DNA of 64,000 nucleotides from an uncultured Synergistaceae bacterium (lineage in GTDB: Bacteria; Synergistota; Synergistia; Synergistales; Thermovirgaceae), in contig CAZERC010000003.1 in the NCBI GenBank assembly GCA_964515395.1, forward strand, positions 5,568 through 69,567. The letters are read 5' to 3'. This document shows positions 29,092 through 39,340 of this stretch, in pieces. A model generated the notes under the pieces. That model had not been told where the DNA came from. It saw nothing but the letters and a program-made list of their open reading frames with translations, and did no database searches. A program made the position numbers and the translations under genes. Numbering within the stretch: position 1 is the first letter of the stretch; the number at the start of each line of letters is the position of its first letter.

Positions 29092-31363
29092 GGACGGAAA
29101 AAAGACAAGCCGGAAAGAAAAAAGCACGAAAGGCGGCGAGAAAAAGACAAGTCGAGGGGACAGCCTCTTTTTTGGAGTTTCCCTTGGCGGCAGGGGGACG
29201 ATTCGTATCCTTTCAGTCGTTGCCTTTTTGGTGAACCTTTTTCTCCTGGCTTCCTATTTCAGGTTCCAGACCGGGGAAATCGGAGCCTGGATCAACCACT
29301 TCCTTGTGGGCTTTTTCGGAGGCAGCGTCATTGTCTTTCTCATATACGGCCTGTATACGGAACTCGGGGCTCTTTTGGGACTGTCCGACCGGTCTGTACT
29401 GAGGGAGACCGCCGGGACGACCTGCCTTTATTTGTGCGCGGCCCTTGTCCTGGGCATGCGGGATCAGATTCCCGATGCCGGAGCCCTGTACTGGATGCAT
29501 CCGGGGGTTGTGGGGCGACTCACAGCCTCGAGCCTTTTTCGCTACGTTGGAATCACTGGTGCCGTCATCACTGGATTTGCACTGCTTTTTTCGGCCGTGT
29601 GGCTTTATGGTGTTGTTTCAAAAGATGATCTTTATGATCTGATCGTGCTCCCCGCAGCTTTCCTGAAGAACTTGTTCTCGAGGCGGGAAACCGACAAGAC
29701 CGGTGGCAAAACCAGGGCGGAAGAATCCGGAAAAGCAAAGCAGGAGTCAGGCAAAACACTCCCTGAAGGAAAAGGAAAGGAAGAGGGACTGGTCCTCATC
29801 AGGCGGCACAAGGGAGGGGAAGTTCAGCAGCTCGAGGCAGCTTTGGAAGATGATGATATTGCCGTCGACTTTGATGACAAGGAAGACGACGAACCGGAAA
29901 GCGAAAGTCTTTTCGACGATGTGGAAACAGGGCGTTTCCCTCCGCCTCTTGAGCTTTTCGGAGAAGCCTGGAACTATTCGGAAGACGTCGACGAAGAGGA
30001 AATCTCCGACAATGGCCGCCATGTGATTTCGACTCTCAAGGAATTCAATATTGAGGCCGAACTTGCAGAGACCATCGTGGGACCCACGGTCATCCAGTAC
30101 CGACTTCAACTGGCACCGGGGGTAAAGGTCAGCCGGGTGGCGGGACTTGCCAATGACATGGCTGTAGCACTCGCCGTTCCGAGTCTCAGGGTGGAAGCAC
30201 CCATTCCGGGGAAACCCTATGTCGGCATAGAAGTGCCGAACCCCTCCAGAAAACCGGTGAACCTGAGGTCAATACTGGAACATCCCTCCTTTACGGAGGG
30301 AGCCAATGACCTGCCCCTGGGAATCGGTGTTGCCGTCGACGGACGGCATCTTGCCGTGGGACTTGAAAAATTGCCGCATTTGCTTGTCGCCGGGACTACA
30401 GGGTCCGGGAAGAGCGTGTTTATCTCGTGCTGTATTGCCTCACTGTGCTATTCGCAAAAGCCTGATGAGATGAAACTGCTTCTTGTCGACCCAAAACGGG
30501 TGGAAATGAAAATTTACGAAAAACTTCCTCATACGCTGATGCCACCGGTGGTGGATGCGAAAAAGGCCGTTCATGCCCTTGGCTGGGCCATCAGGGAGAT
30601 GGAAAAGCGCTACGAACTGTTTGCCCAGGCAAGGGTCAGGAACCTCAAGGGATTCAACGCAAAAGCCTTACCGAAAGACAGGCTTCCTTCAATTGTCATC
30701 ATCATCGATGAACTGGCTGATCTGATGTTCACTTCGCCCAAAGAAGTGGAGGATTATATCTGTCGGCTAGCCCAGATGGCAAGGGCTACGGGCATCCATT
30801 TGATCATTGCCACACAGAGGCCTTCAGTCAATGTCGTGACGGGACTCATCAAGGCGAATGTCCCTGCTCGTGTGGCCTTCACTCTTCCCTCACAGACGGA
30901 TTCCAGGACGGTGCTGGACATTGCCGGGGCGGAAAAGTTGCTGGGAAGCGGAGACATGCTGTTTTCGACGCCACGACTTTCGAAGCCCATGCGGTTGCAG
31001 GGTCCCATGCTGGAAGAAAGCGCCATAAACAGGTTTATCGATTACCTTGCCTCCCTTTTCGGTGAGCCGCAGCACATCGACCTGGACGAAGAAATGGAGT
31101 CGAAGGGCGGACAGGATACCCCCTTCCTCGACGATCCACTCGTTGAGGAGGCCGTGAATATCATCCTGCAATCGGGCATCGCTTCGGCGAGCAGGTTGCA
31201 ACGGCAGCTCAGAATAGGATTTACGCGTGCGGCCCGACTGGTCGACACGATTGAACAAATGGGCATCGTGGGTGCCCAGGACGGTGCGAGGCCGAGGGAA
31301 ATCCTCGTTGATGAAGATGAGGCACATCAAATACTGGAAGATCATCTGCGGGGCGGAATGTAA
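29066..31363 (+). CDS. ftsK: DNA translocase FtsK/SpoIIIE
   Basis: N-terminal TMs, AGTTGSGKS, IIDELADL, ATQRPS, gamma domain LQRQLRIGFTRAARL. Confidence 0.96.
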   Translation: MKILRIFRKDGKKTSRKEKSTKGGEKKTSRGDSLFFGVSLGGRGTIRILSVVAFLVNLFLLASYFRFQTGEIGAWINHFLVGFFGGSVIVFLIYGLYTELGALLGLSDRSVLRETAGTTCLYLCAALVLGMRDQIPDAGALYWMHPGVVGRLTASSLFRYVGITGAVITGFALLFSAVWLYGVVSKDDLYDLIVLPAAFLKNLFSRRETDKTGGKTRAEESGKAKQESGKTLPEGKGKEEGLVLIRRHKGGEVQQLEAALEDDDIAVDFDDKEDDEPESESLFDDVETGRFPPPLELFGEAWNYSEDVDEEEISDNGRHVISTLKEFNIEAELAETIVGPTVIQYRLQLAPGVKVSRVAGLANDMAVALAVPSLRVEAPIPGKPYVGIEVPNPSRKPVNLRSILEHPSFTEGANDLPLGIGVAVDGRHLAVGLEKLPHLLVAGTTGSGKSVFISCCIASLCYSQKPDEMKLLLVDPKRVEMKIYEKLPHTLMPPVVDAKKAVHALGWAIREMEKRYELFAQARVRNLKGFNAKALPKDRLPSIVIIIDELADLMFTSPKEVEDYICRLAQMARATGIHLIIATQRPSVNVVTGLIKANVPARVAFTLPSQTDSRTVLDIAGAEKLLGSGDMLFSTPRLSKPMRLQGPMLEESAINRFIDYLASLFGEPQHIDLDEEMESKGGQDTPFLDDPLVEEAVNIILQSGIASASRLQRQLRIGFTRAARLVDTIEQMGIVGAQDGARPREILVDEDEAHQILEDHLRGGM

Positions 31364-32127
31364 TGGCACCAAAGCTCCGATTGCCCCAGGTCGACGCATG
31401 CAAACCGACACGAACGATGGAAAGTCCAGTTCTTCTGGTTGCGGGAGGCAGAACCCCTGATGTCCAGTGGCTTCGCAGCGTCGCACAAACCAGCTGTGCG
31501 ATCCTGGCGGTTGACAAGGGTGCGGAGTATTGCAAAAAGGCGGGCCTTGTTCCGTACCTTTATGTGGGTGACAAGGACAGCGCCGGTATGGACGTCCTGC
31601 AATGGGTTTCTGGGGCGGGCATGGAAGTTCTGGAATTTTCCTCGGAAAAGGACCTTACGGATTTGCAACTGGCACTTTTCGAAACGGCGAAACGGTTTCC
31701 CGGAAGCGGAGTTTTGGTCACGGGAGGATGGGGAGGACGATTCGATCACCTTTTCAGTGCCGTTTTTTCGATGGTCTGGTCCTGCAAATGGGGAATTTCC
31801 CCTCTTGGAATGGCGGACGAAAAGGAGATCCTTCTGTTTCTGCAAGGACCGGAGAGGATAATTCTCGAATTCAGGGAAGTCCCTTGCAATTTCTCGCTTC
31901 TGGCGTTGAGCGAGAGGTGCGGGGGTGTCTCTGTCGAGGGTGTGCGGTGGGAACTTCACGGAGAGGAAATCTTGCTTGACGAGCCTTATGCGGTCAGCAA
32001 CGAGGTCCTCCGTGGCGGAGTGGAAAATAAAGACAGGGTAGAAGTTTCTGTCGGTGAAGGGATGTTGGGCCTGTACCTGGACTTCTGGTCAAAAAGTCAA
32101 GAGGACTGTCCTAGACAGCCCTCTTGA
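31363..32127 (+). CDS. thiN: Thiamine pyrophosphokinase
   Basis: AVDKG, VGDKDS, EKDLTD, GGRFDH, VSNE. Confidence 0.9.
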   Translation: MAPKLRLPQVDACKPTRTMESPVLLVAGGRTPDVQWLRSVAQTSCAILAVDKGAEYCKKAGLVPYLYVGDKDSAGMDVLQWVSGAGMEVLEFSSEKDLTDLQLALFETAKRFPGSGVLVTGGWGGRFDHLFSAVFSMVWSCKWGISPLGMADEKEILLFLQGPERIILEFREVPCNFSLLALSERCGGVSVEGVRWELHGEEILLDEPYAVSNEVLRGGVENKDRVEVSVGEGMLGLYLDFWSKSQEDCPRQPS

Positions 32128-32302
32128 CTTTACCCGAACGGAGACAGCGAGTACAAACCTTCATCCTGCGCTTCTCACCGCCGAGATCTACCTTCACGGT
32201 TTGCAGATTGATCAACCAGCGTCTTCTGGAGTGCCTGTTCGAGTGGCTGACGGAGTTACCCGTTGTCGGGCCGCGACCGCAGCATTCACAAACCTTGGAC
32301 AT
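32111..32302 (-). CDS. rpmB: 50S ribosomal protein L28 (Zn-binding C+ type)
   Basis: CECCG..GNSVSHSNR..NLQ..CTRCLRSGK. Confidence 0.97.
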   Translation of the reverse strand: MSKVCECCGRGPTTGNSVSHSNRHSRRRWLINLQTVKVDLGGEKRRMKVCTRCLRSGKVKRAV

Positions 32303-32348
32303 GATTCATTCCTCCTCGTTGCGTTCCTTGCGCATCAAAACGGTCTGA

Positions 32349-32378
32349 ATTGTATCATGCCCATGACGAAAACTGCAA
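32349..32378 (-). promoter_or_regulatory. Putative rpmB promoter
   Basis: Minus strand TTGCAG, 18-nt spacer, TACAAT with extended TG. Confidence 0.55.
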
Positions 32379-32425
32379 GAAAGACCTGAGCAAGGTTTTA
32401 CTGGACCTGAATCGGAGGGATTGAA

Positions 32426-32665
32426 GTGACCTTTACGGAAGATATGAAACGACTCCAGGAAATTGTTGAAAATCTCGATTCCGAAGCAATGCCCCTTGAA
32501 GACTCGCTTTCTCTTTTCGAGGAGGGAATCGGTCTTGTCAAGCGGTGCCGCCGGTTTTTGTCCGAGACGGAACAGAAAATACAGCTTCTCTCGGAAGATG
32601 CCGATGACGTTACGGGGATGACCTGGGATCCTCGTGAAGAAGGCAATTCTGCCAATGAGGAATGA
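32426..32665 (+). CDS. xseB: Exodeoxyribonuclease VII small subunit
   Basis: LQEIVENL..PLEDSLSLFEEG..EQKI. Confidence 0.93.
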   Translation: MTFTEDMKRLQEIVENLDSEAMPLEDSLSLFEEGIGLVKRCRRFLSETEQKIQLLSEDADDVTGMTWDPREEGNSANEE

Positions 32666-33560
32666 CCAACAGTCTTTCCGGAGATGTTTCAACTCGTCAA
32701 GGGAAAAAGTGGAGCAGGCCCTGAAAAGCCTGGCCTCTCAAAAACCTTTGGGCGTACCGGCACGTCTTTGGGATGCCATGACCTATTCCCTGCTCGCGGG
32801 AGGGAAGCGGATAAGGCCTTTCCTTGCTCTTGAAAGCGGCCGGATTTTCGGCGTCCATGAGGATGATGCCATGGCCATCGCCATAGCGGTGGAGATGATC
32901 CATACGGCGTCCCTTATCCATGACGACCTGCCATGTATGGACGACGATGTCCTCAGGAGGGGGAAGCCGACGAATCATATGGTCTACGGGGAGGGAATGG
33001 CCCTTCTGGCCGGGGATGCCCTTTTCCTCATGGGCCCGGGTTATGCGGCGAGAAAACTTGAAGGGTGCCGGCGCGTTCCGGCCGAAAGGGTCTTGCCGGC
33101 TTTGCAGGTCATTCTCGATGCTTCCGGACCTTCCGGAATATGTGGAGGTCAGACCCTCGATACGGAAGAAGAAGAACGAGACAAATCCTCACCATGGCGT
33201 ATCGCTTACTGGAAAACCGCGATATTGCTGCGTGCATGCATCATGGCTCCAGCATATCTCGGCGGCGCTTCAGCGGTAGAGATGAAGTGCCTTTCGTCCT
33301 TTGGTTCCCATCTCGGTGTCGCCTTCCAGATCGTCGACGACGTCCTGGATGTTTCGGGACGGCCTGAACAATTGGGCAAAACGCCGGGAAAAGATGCAAT
33401 GCAGAAGAAAAATTCCTTCGTCCACCTCGGGGGTCTCGAAGCCGCGAAGGCAATGGCCATTGACCAGTCCAGAAGGGCAAAGGTGGCTCTTTCGGGGATT
33501 CGGCGCGATACCACGGTCCTTGAAGGGATCGTGGACTATCTGGAGTCGAGAAACGCCTGA
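32655..33560 (+). CDS. ispA: Farnesyl/geranylgeranyl diphosphate synthase
   Basis: GGKRIRP, HDDLPCMDDD..RRG, FQIVDDVLD. Confidence 0.93.
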   Translation: MRNDQQSFRRCFNSSREKVEQALKSLASQKPLGVPARLWDAMTYSLLAGGKRIRPFLALESGRIFGVHEDDAMAIAIAVEMIHTASLIHDDLPCMDDDVLRRGKPTNHMVYGEGMALLAGDALFLMGPGYAARKLEGCRRVPAERVLPALQVILDASGPSGICGGQTLDTEEEERDKSSPWRIAYWKTAILLRACIMAPAYLGGASAVEMKCLSSFGSHLGVAFQIVDDVLDVSGRPEQLGKTPGKDAMQKKNSFVHLGGLEAAKAMAIDQSRRAKVALSGIRRDTTVLEGIVDYLESRNA

Positions 33561-33576
33561 TACAGGAGGAACTTTC

Positions 33577-35472
33577 ATGCCCATTCTTGAGGAAATTGAT
33601 GATTACAGGGATCTGAAAAGTCTCGACGAGGAGAGACTTGGCCTTCTGTGCGAAGAGATCCGCGGCGAAATTATCGATACGGTCATGCAAAACGGGGGGC
33701 ACATGGGATCGTCCCTGGGGACCGTCGAGTTAATCGTGGCCTTGCTGCGAGTGTTCGATCCTCGAGACGACAAGATCCTTTTTGATGTGGGGCACCAGGC
33801 TTATGCCTACAAAATTCTCACGGGAAGGAAAAACAGGTTTCATACTCTGAGACAATGGGGTGGAATCAGCGGTTTCCCGACACCTTTGGAGAGTCCTTAC
33901 GATCACTATTGCGGAGGTCACAGCAGCGTATCCTTGTCTGCAGCGTTGGGGTATGCAAAAGCGAGGGATTTGAAAGGACAGAAACACCATGTCGTTGCTG
34001 TCATCGGCGACGGTTCCCTGATAAACGGCGTGGCGCTGGAAGCCCTGAACAACGTGAAAGAGACCGATTCCAGGGTCCTTATCGTTCTGAATGAAAACCG
34101 GATGTCCATCAGTCCGAGCATTGGCGGACTGGCCGATCACATCGCCCGCTTGAGCGTTCACCCGGCGTATAAAAAGATGAAGGCCGTAATCAAGCAGCAT
34201 TGCAAAAGCCTGCCGAAAGGTGAGAGCATAGAGAAAACCCTTTCCCGCCTCAAGCAGTCGCTGAAACATCTGCTGCAACCGGAAAACATGTTTGAAGAGC
34301 TCGGCATCAGTTATTGGGGGCCCTTTGACGGACACAATCTCCAGGAAATGGAGGACATTTTCCGTCTGGCCGGGAGTTATGACAAACCTCTTCTCCTTCA
34401 TGTGGTGACGCAAAAGGGCAAGGGATTGGCCGAAGCAGAAAAGGACCCGGAAAAATACCATGGCATTTCTCCGAAAAAGGAGGAGCCCTGCATAGAGGTA
34501 AGGGACGTTCAATGGTCAACGGCGGGCTGGAGCAGGTATTCTGCGGATTTTATCGAGAAGATGGCGCTGAAGGATCACCGTATCGTGTGCCTTACCGCGG
34601 CCATGAAGTCGGGTTCGAGGCTCGAGTCCTTCTGCAGAACCTTTCCTGATCGGTTCTTTGATGTCGGTATTGCCGAAGAGCATCTTTTGAGCTTTGCCGC
34701 AGGGATGGCTCTGGGGGGGCTGAGGCCGATCGTGTCGATCTATTCGACCTTCCTGCAGAGGGCCATGGATCAGCTGGTTCTGGACGTGGCTTTGCAGCGA
34801 CTCCCTGTTCTCTTTGCCGTGGACCGGGCGGGGCTTGTCGGCGAGGATGGAGCGACTCATCATGGACTTTTTGATGTCGCCTGGTGTTCGGCCATACCCG
34901 GATTGACCATCATGGCGCCCAGGGATGTGGGCGAAATGGAATGGATGTATGCCGAAGGGCTGCGCAATTCAGGACCATGCATGATCCGGTACCCCAAGGG
35001 AAAGGCCCCGGAACGGGTGGGCCGTCTGCCTGCGGGGTCACCAGGATGGCAAAAGTCGGCAACATTGCAGGAGGGGAAAAAATGGGCCCTTTTTGCTTAT
35101 GGTGCGACGGTGCCGCTGGCCTTTTGCACGAGTGATGCTGCAATCAATGCCGGGTTGCCCAGACCGACCATCGTCGACCTGCGCTTTCTCAAACCATTGG
35201 ATATCAAACAGATTACCGGGGTCCTGAAATCCCATGACCTTGCCGTCGTCCTTGAAGAGGGAAGCCTTCGGGACGGTATCGGGGAACAGATCGCGTCCCT
35301 TTCGGGATCGGAGAAATCCATGGCGCCGGTGAAAACCGTCGGGGTTCCCGATATGTTTGTCCCTCATGGATCGAGAACGAGACAATGGGAGTTTTGTGGC
35401 CTGACTGCTGAAAGTGTGGTGAATCTGTATCGTGCAGCAGAAAAGGGAGCGACTGGACAAGATCCTTGTTGA
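33577..35472 (+). CDS. dxs: 1-deoxy-D-xylulose-5-phosphate synthase
   Basis: GGHMG, DVGHQAY, GDGS, GIAEEH, YSTFLQRA, DRAG; AGGAGG RBS. Confidence 0.96.
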   Translation: MPILEEIDDYRDLKSLDEERLGLLCEEIRGEIIDTVMQNGGHMGSSLGTVELIVALLRVFDPRDDKILFDVGHQAYAYKILTGRKNRFHTLRQWGGISGFPTPLESPYDHYCGGHSSVSLSAALGYAKARDLKGQKHHVVAVIGDGSLINGVALEALNNVKETDSRVLIVLNENRMSISPSIGGLADHIARLSVHPAYKKMKAVIKQHCKSLPKGESIEKTLSRLKQSLKHLLQPENMFEELGISYWGPFDGHNLQEMEDIFRLAGSYDKPLLLHVVTQKGKGLAEAEKDPEKYHGISPKKEEPCIEVRDVQWSTAGWSRYSADFIEKMALKDHRIVCLTAAMKSGSRLESFCRTFPDRFFDVGIAEEHLLSFAAGMALGGLRPIVSIYSTFLQRAMDQLVLDVALQRLPVLFAVDRAGLVGEDGATHHGLFDVAWCSAIPGLTIMAPRDVGEMEWMYAEGLRNSGPCMIRYPKGKAPERVGRLPAGSPGWQKSATLQEGKKWALFAYGATVPLAFCTSDAAINAGLPRPTIVDLRFLKPLDIKQITGVLKSHDLAVVLEEGSLRDGIGEQIASLSGSEKSMAPVKTVGVPDMFVPHGSRTRQWEFCGLTAESVVNLYRAAEKGATGQDPC

Positions 35473-36310
35473 ACGTGAACTTGTTTCAGGCAGATCCATG
35501 GCTCGGGAAATCATTCTGGCGGGGGCAGTTTTGGTTGACGGTTTTCCTGTAAAAAAGCCGGCTTCCCTGGTCCGGAAGGATTGTTCAATCGATGTGACCG
35601 GCAACAGGCAGCAGTGGGTCAGCAGAGGGGCCCGCAAGCTTCTGGGGGCGTTGGAATCTTTTCATGTCTCCGTCGAAGGGCGCGTGTGCATCGATATCGG
35701 GGCTTCCACAGGAGGATTCACAGATGTGTTGCTCCAAAAAGGGGCGGAAAAAGTGTATGCTGTCGATGTCGGGTATGGACAACTGGCCTGGAAACTTCGC
35801 AAGGATCCGAGAGTCGTCGTCATGGAGCGGACGAATGCAAGAGAGCTGTCCCCCGAATCTTTTGAGGCTCCCGGTCTCGTGACCATAGATGTTTCTTTCA
35901 TTTCCTTGCGCCATATTTTGCCTGTTGCCGACGATATCCTTCATAATGACGGGTTGTGCATAGCCCTGGTGAAACCCCAGTTCGAAGCAGGCCGCGGCAG
36001 GATCGGTAAAAAGGGAGTCGTCAGGGACAGGGGTGTTCACGAAGAAGTGCTTCGCGGGTTATGTGACTTTGTCAGGGAAGAAACGGGCTTCTTCATTGCC
36101 GGAGTCGATGTTTCGTCCTTGATGGGTCCTGAAGGAAACAGGGAGTTTTTCCTGTGTCTTGTCAAGGCGGGAAGCGATTCGGGAGAACCCTGCCACATCC
36201 TTGACGACAGCGAAGTGGAGAAAATGATTGTGCAAAAGGTCGAAGCGTCACATTCACCTGTTTTTTTCAAGAGTGAAACGGAAGAGGATGAAGGGGGGCG
36301 AAGAAGGTGA
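35432..36310 (+). CDS. tlyA: TlyA family rRNA methyltransferase
   Basis: S4 domain RLD, VSRG, DIGASTGGFTD, DVSFISL, LVKPQFE. Confidence 0.95.
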   Translation: MQQKRERLDKILVERELVSGRSMAREIILAGAVLVDGFPVKKPASLVRKDCSIDVTGNRQQWVSRGARKLLGALESFHVSVEGRVCIDIGASTGGFTDVLLQKGAEKVYAVDVGYGQLAWKLRKDPRVVVMERTNARELSPESFEAPGLVTIDVSFISLRHILPVADDILHNDGLCIALVKPQFEAGRGRIGKKGVVRDRGVHEEVLRGLCDFVREETGFFIAGVDVSSLMGPEGNREFFLCLVKAGSDSGEPCHILDDSEVEKMIVQKVEASHSPVFFKSETEEDEGGRRR

Positions 36311-37194
36311 AAAGACCCTCAAAAATCGGGATGCTTGTCAACACCCAAAAACATGAAGCCCTGGACCTTGCCGGAAAACTGGTGAATTGGGGCAGAAAGA
36401 ACGATGTCTCCTTCTGTTTACCCCCTCATGAGGCTCATGTGCTGGGCGAACCGGAAACACCGGATATTGAATGGAAGAGCTCTGTAGAGGTGGCTGTCAT
36501 CCTTGGTGGCGACGGAACCTTTCTGCGAGCTGCCCGGTATGTTTTGGGACACGACATCCCCCTTTTCGGAATCAACGTGGGGCATCTCGGATTCCTCTCC
36601 TGCGGAGACCCCGGGGAGGCTTATGAAAGCATTCGAAGGATAGCAGAAGGCGAATACCTCATCGAAAAAAGGTCGATGCTTCATGGCGTCGTCTGCAGGA
36701 ATAAGACGAAAAAACACGAAGTTTACGCTCTCAATGATCTGGTTATTACGAAAGGGCCCTTTGCACGGTTGATTTCCCTGGCGATATCGGTGGGAGGCAG
36801 GCAGCTCAGTGTCATGAGAGCGGACGGGATAATCCTGTCGACACCAACGGGGTCGACGGCATATGCCCTTTCAGCAGGTGGACCGATCATCCCACCTCAT
36901 CTTCATTGTGTGCTGGTGGTTCCCATCTGTGCTCACACGCTCTATTCGCGTCCCATGGTTTTCAGCGACAGCGATGTGATTACCATAACGCCCGAGGGGC
37001 AGCACAGGGAGATTATGCTGACTCAGGACGGCCAGCTCGGATATGAAATACTGCCGGGAGACAGTGTCAGCGTGGAGTTGGACAAAGACAGGCAAATAAG
37101 TGTCGTAACCACGCCGGAAAGGGATTATTATTCCCTTTTGCAGGAAAAATTCCGATGGGGTCATCGATACGAAGATGACTACGGGAGTGAATGA
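36307..37194 (+). CDS. nadK: NAD+ kinase
   Basis: GGDGTFL, LNDLV, DG..STPTGSTAYALSAGGP. Confidence 0.96.
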   Translation: MKRPSKIGMLVNTQKHEALDLAGKLVNWGRKNDVSFCLPPHEAHVLGEPETPDIEWKSSVEVAVILGGDGTFLRAARYVLGHDIPLFGINVGHLGFLSCGDPGEAYESIRRIAEGEYLIEKRSMLHGVVCRNKTKKHEVYALNDLVITKGPFARLISLAISVGGRQLSVMRADGIILSTPTGSTAYALSAGGPIIPPHLHCVLVVPICAHTLYSRPMVFSDSDVITITPEGQHREIMLTQDGQLGYEILPGDSVSVELDKDRQISVVTTPERDYYSLLQEKFRWGHRYEDDYGSE

Positions 37195-37200
37195 TCGGTC

Positions 37201-38859
37201 ATGCTCGAAGAGCTGCACGTGAAAAACATCGGTGGTATCCAGCAGGCTGACCTTCACCTGCATGGGTCTTTCATCGCCATCACGGGAGAGAGCGGGGCGG
37301 GAAAAAGCAGCTTGATTCGGGCACTGGAGCTGGCCAGCGGAAAACGTGCCCAGGCTTCACTCATCCGGGCGGGCAATGATGAAGCCGAGGTGCATGCCAT
37401 CCTGGTACCGGATTCCGCGTTCGATAATCTGGACGAAGACTTTGAAGTTCAGGAGGGAATCCTCGTCGTCCGACGGGTCCTTTCGAGAACCGGGCGGACG
37501 AAGACCTACATTCAGGACAGGCCCGTTTCCCTGAGCTCGCTTCAGAATGTGATGAATCCCTATATTGGCATTCAGAGCCAGTTTGCCCAGCTGGATCTGC
37601 TTGAACCGCTGCGGCAGCTCAACCTTCTCGATGCCCGCGGTGGGCCGGAAATGACCCGGCTCAGGGAGCACATGCGGGAAATGGTTTCCAGTGCAGTCAA
37701 AAAGGAAAAGGAGTATGTCGCCCTCGTGAAAAGGCGAAAGGAGATCGAGGATCGGTATGAAGGAGCGGAGGACATCTTGTCGAGAATTCGGTCTCTTCAT
37801 CTTGACGAGGAGTGTGAACAGCAGTGGGAAGAGTCGCTGCGCGACATGCAACAAAAAATTACGAGGTCGGGGAAAATAGGTTCCATATATGACGAACTGA
37901 CAGGCGGCCATGCTGGCGAAGGTCTCAAAAACCGGTTGGAAACGCTGGTATACGAGTTGAAAAACATTGTGGAATCGGAAGAAAAGGAAGAAGTCGAAAG
38001 ATTGACGGAAGGCCTTGCAGATGGATTAAAACGCCTTGAAGACCTTTGCGAAAAGTACCTGCAATCCGATGATCCGCAAAAGCTGCAGGAATCTTTTGCT
38101 GGACTTGAACGGCGTCTCGGCCTTTTGAGGAAGCTGAAAAGGTTGACTCGATCGCAAACTGTTGCCGATCTCATTGCGTATGAAAGCCAGGCGACCAGGG
38201 ACCTGGAGTGGTTGAAAAACAGCAGGGAAAAGTTGCACTCTCTGAAGGAAGAGTGTTCATCCCTGAGGAAAGAAGTGACGCGCCTGGCTCTGGAGCTCAG
38301 GAAAGCACGCCAGGAAGCGGCTGGAAGCCTGGAGCAATCGGTGAATCGCGTGCTCGGTGATCTTGGCATGGAAACGTATCGCTTTGGGGTGGAAGTGCGT
38401 TCCGCGGAAAAAGTCAGACACCATGGTGCCGACGATGTGGAATTTTACCTTTCCGACGGGGCGAGCCTGAAGGATGCAGTTGCGAAAGTGGCTTCAGGAG
38501 GCGAGCTGAGCAGGATACTCCTTGCATTGCAGTGTGCGTCGCCCAGGGAATTGTTGCCCCCTGTGCTCGTTTTCGATGAGGTCGAGGCGGGACTTGGAGG
38601 CAAGGCGGCGATGCTTTCGGGTTACAAGCTGCGGGAGCTGTCGGCGGATTGCCAGGTGATTCTGGTGACCCACGAAGCGTCCATTGCTGCCCTCGCCGAT
38701 CAGCATTTCAAGGTGGAGAGGACGAAGGATGTCACCAGTGTGGTGGAAGTCTCGGGAGAGGAAAGAGTCGTTGAGATTGCCCGGATGCTTGCTGGTGACC
38801 ATGAGGCGCCGGAGGCCCTTGTTCATGCGAGGTCGCTGGTTGGTGACGGCGGGAAATGA
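37201..38859 (+). CDS. recN: DNA repair protein RecN
   Basis: TGESGAGKS, coiled coil, ASGGELSR, FDEVE, VTH. Confidence 0.93.
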   Translation: MLEELHVKNIGGIQQADLHLHGSFIAITGESGAGKSSLIRALELASGKRAQASLIRAGNDEAEVHAILVPDSAFDNLDEDFEVQEGILVVRRVLSRTGRTKTYIQDRPVSLSSLQNVMNPYIGIQSQFAQLDLLEPLRQLNLLDARGGPEMTRLREHMREMVSSAVKKEKEYVALVKRRKEIEDRYEGAEDILSRIRSLHLDEECEQQWEESLRDMQQKITRSGKIGSIYDELTGGHAGEGLKNRLETLVYELKNIVESEEKEEVERLTEGLADGLKRLEDLCEKYLQSDDPQKLQESFAGLERRLGLLRKLKRLTRSQTVADLIAYESQATRDLEWLKNSREKLHSLKEECSSLRKEVTRLALELRKARQEAAGSLEQSVNRVLGDLGMETYRFGVEVRSAEKVRHHGADDVEFYLSDGASLKDAVAKVASGGELSRILLALQCASPRELLPPVLVFDEVEAGLGGKAAMLSGYKLRELSADCQVILVTHEASIAALADQHFKVERTKDVTSVVEVSGEERVVEIARMLAGDHEAPEALVHARSLVGDGGK

Positions 38860-38901
38860 CAGGCCCTTTTTGTGGTATAATCCACTTTCGGCCGGAGTGC
38901 C

Positions 38902-38930
38902 TTGACGTGGCCGGCCGAGACCTATACAAT
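38902..38930 (+). promoter_or_regulatory. Sigma70 promoter of the rplU operon
   Basis: TTGACG, 17-nt spacer, TACAAT; a second extended -10 (TGGTATAAT) at 38873-38881. Confidence 0.75.
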
Positions 38931-38950
38931 CCAGTAGCTGCAAGGAAAAT

Positions 38951-39002
38951 CGCGTGGAAAGGGCCTTCAAGATCTCGATACGAGACGCCCTCTGTTCCAG
39001 CG
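38951..39002 (+). ncRNA. Structured rplU 5' leader (candidate L21-leader-like element)
   Basis: Nested pairings CGC.TGGAA/TTCCAGCG, AGGGC/GCCCT, TCTCG-ata-CGAGA ending right before the SD AAGGAGG. Confidence 0.5.
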
Positions 39003-39016
39003 GAAGGAGGATATGC

Positions 39017-39331
39017 ATGTATGCAGTTGTAGAAACAGGCGGCAAGCAGTACAGGATCGCCTCGGGAGACGTGATTGATGTCGAAAGGATCCAGGGAGAA
39101 CCTGGAGACAAGGTTGAGCTTGACAGGGTTCTCCTGGTTGCCGCGGACGAAGGTGTTTCTGTCGGCAGCCCTTATCTGGAGAATGCACGTGTCAGGGCCG
39201 TGATCGACAAGCATGGGAAGGGCAAGAAAATCACGGTTTTCAAATACAAGAACAAGTCGAAGCAGTCGCGGAGGACACAGGGGCACAGACAGTCCTACAC
39301 CCGGCTCCGCATCGAGGAAATCGAAGCCTGA
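39017..39331 (+). CDS. rplU: 50S ribosomal protein L21
   Basis: MYAVVETGGKQY...GHRQSYT. Confidence 0.98.
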   Translation: MYAVVETGGKQYRIASGDVIDVERIQGEPGDKVELDRVLLVAADEGVSVGSPYLENARVRAVIDKHGKGKKITVFKYKNKSKQSRRTQGHRQSYTRLRIEEIEA

Positions 39332-39340
39332 TCGAGTCAC

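Noticed and set aside
33301..33576. Long N-terminal extensions in the ORF track (dxs here; likewise ruvA, whiA, yvcK, moaC, rplU and the radical SAM gene at 15284)
   Set aside because: They overlap upstream genes; downstream starts with an RBS match the family N-termini
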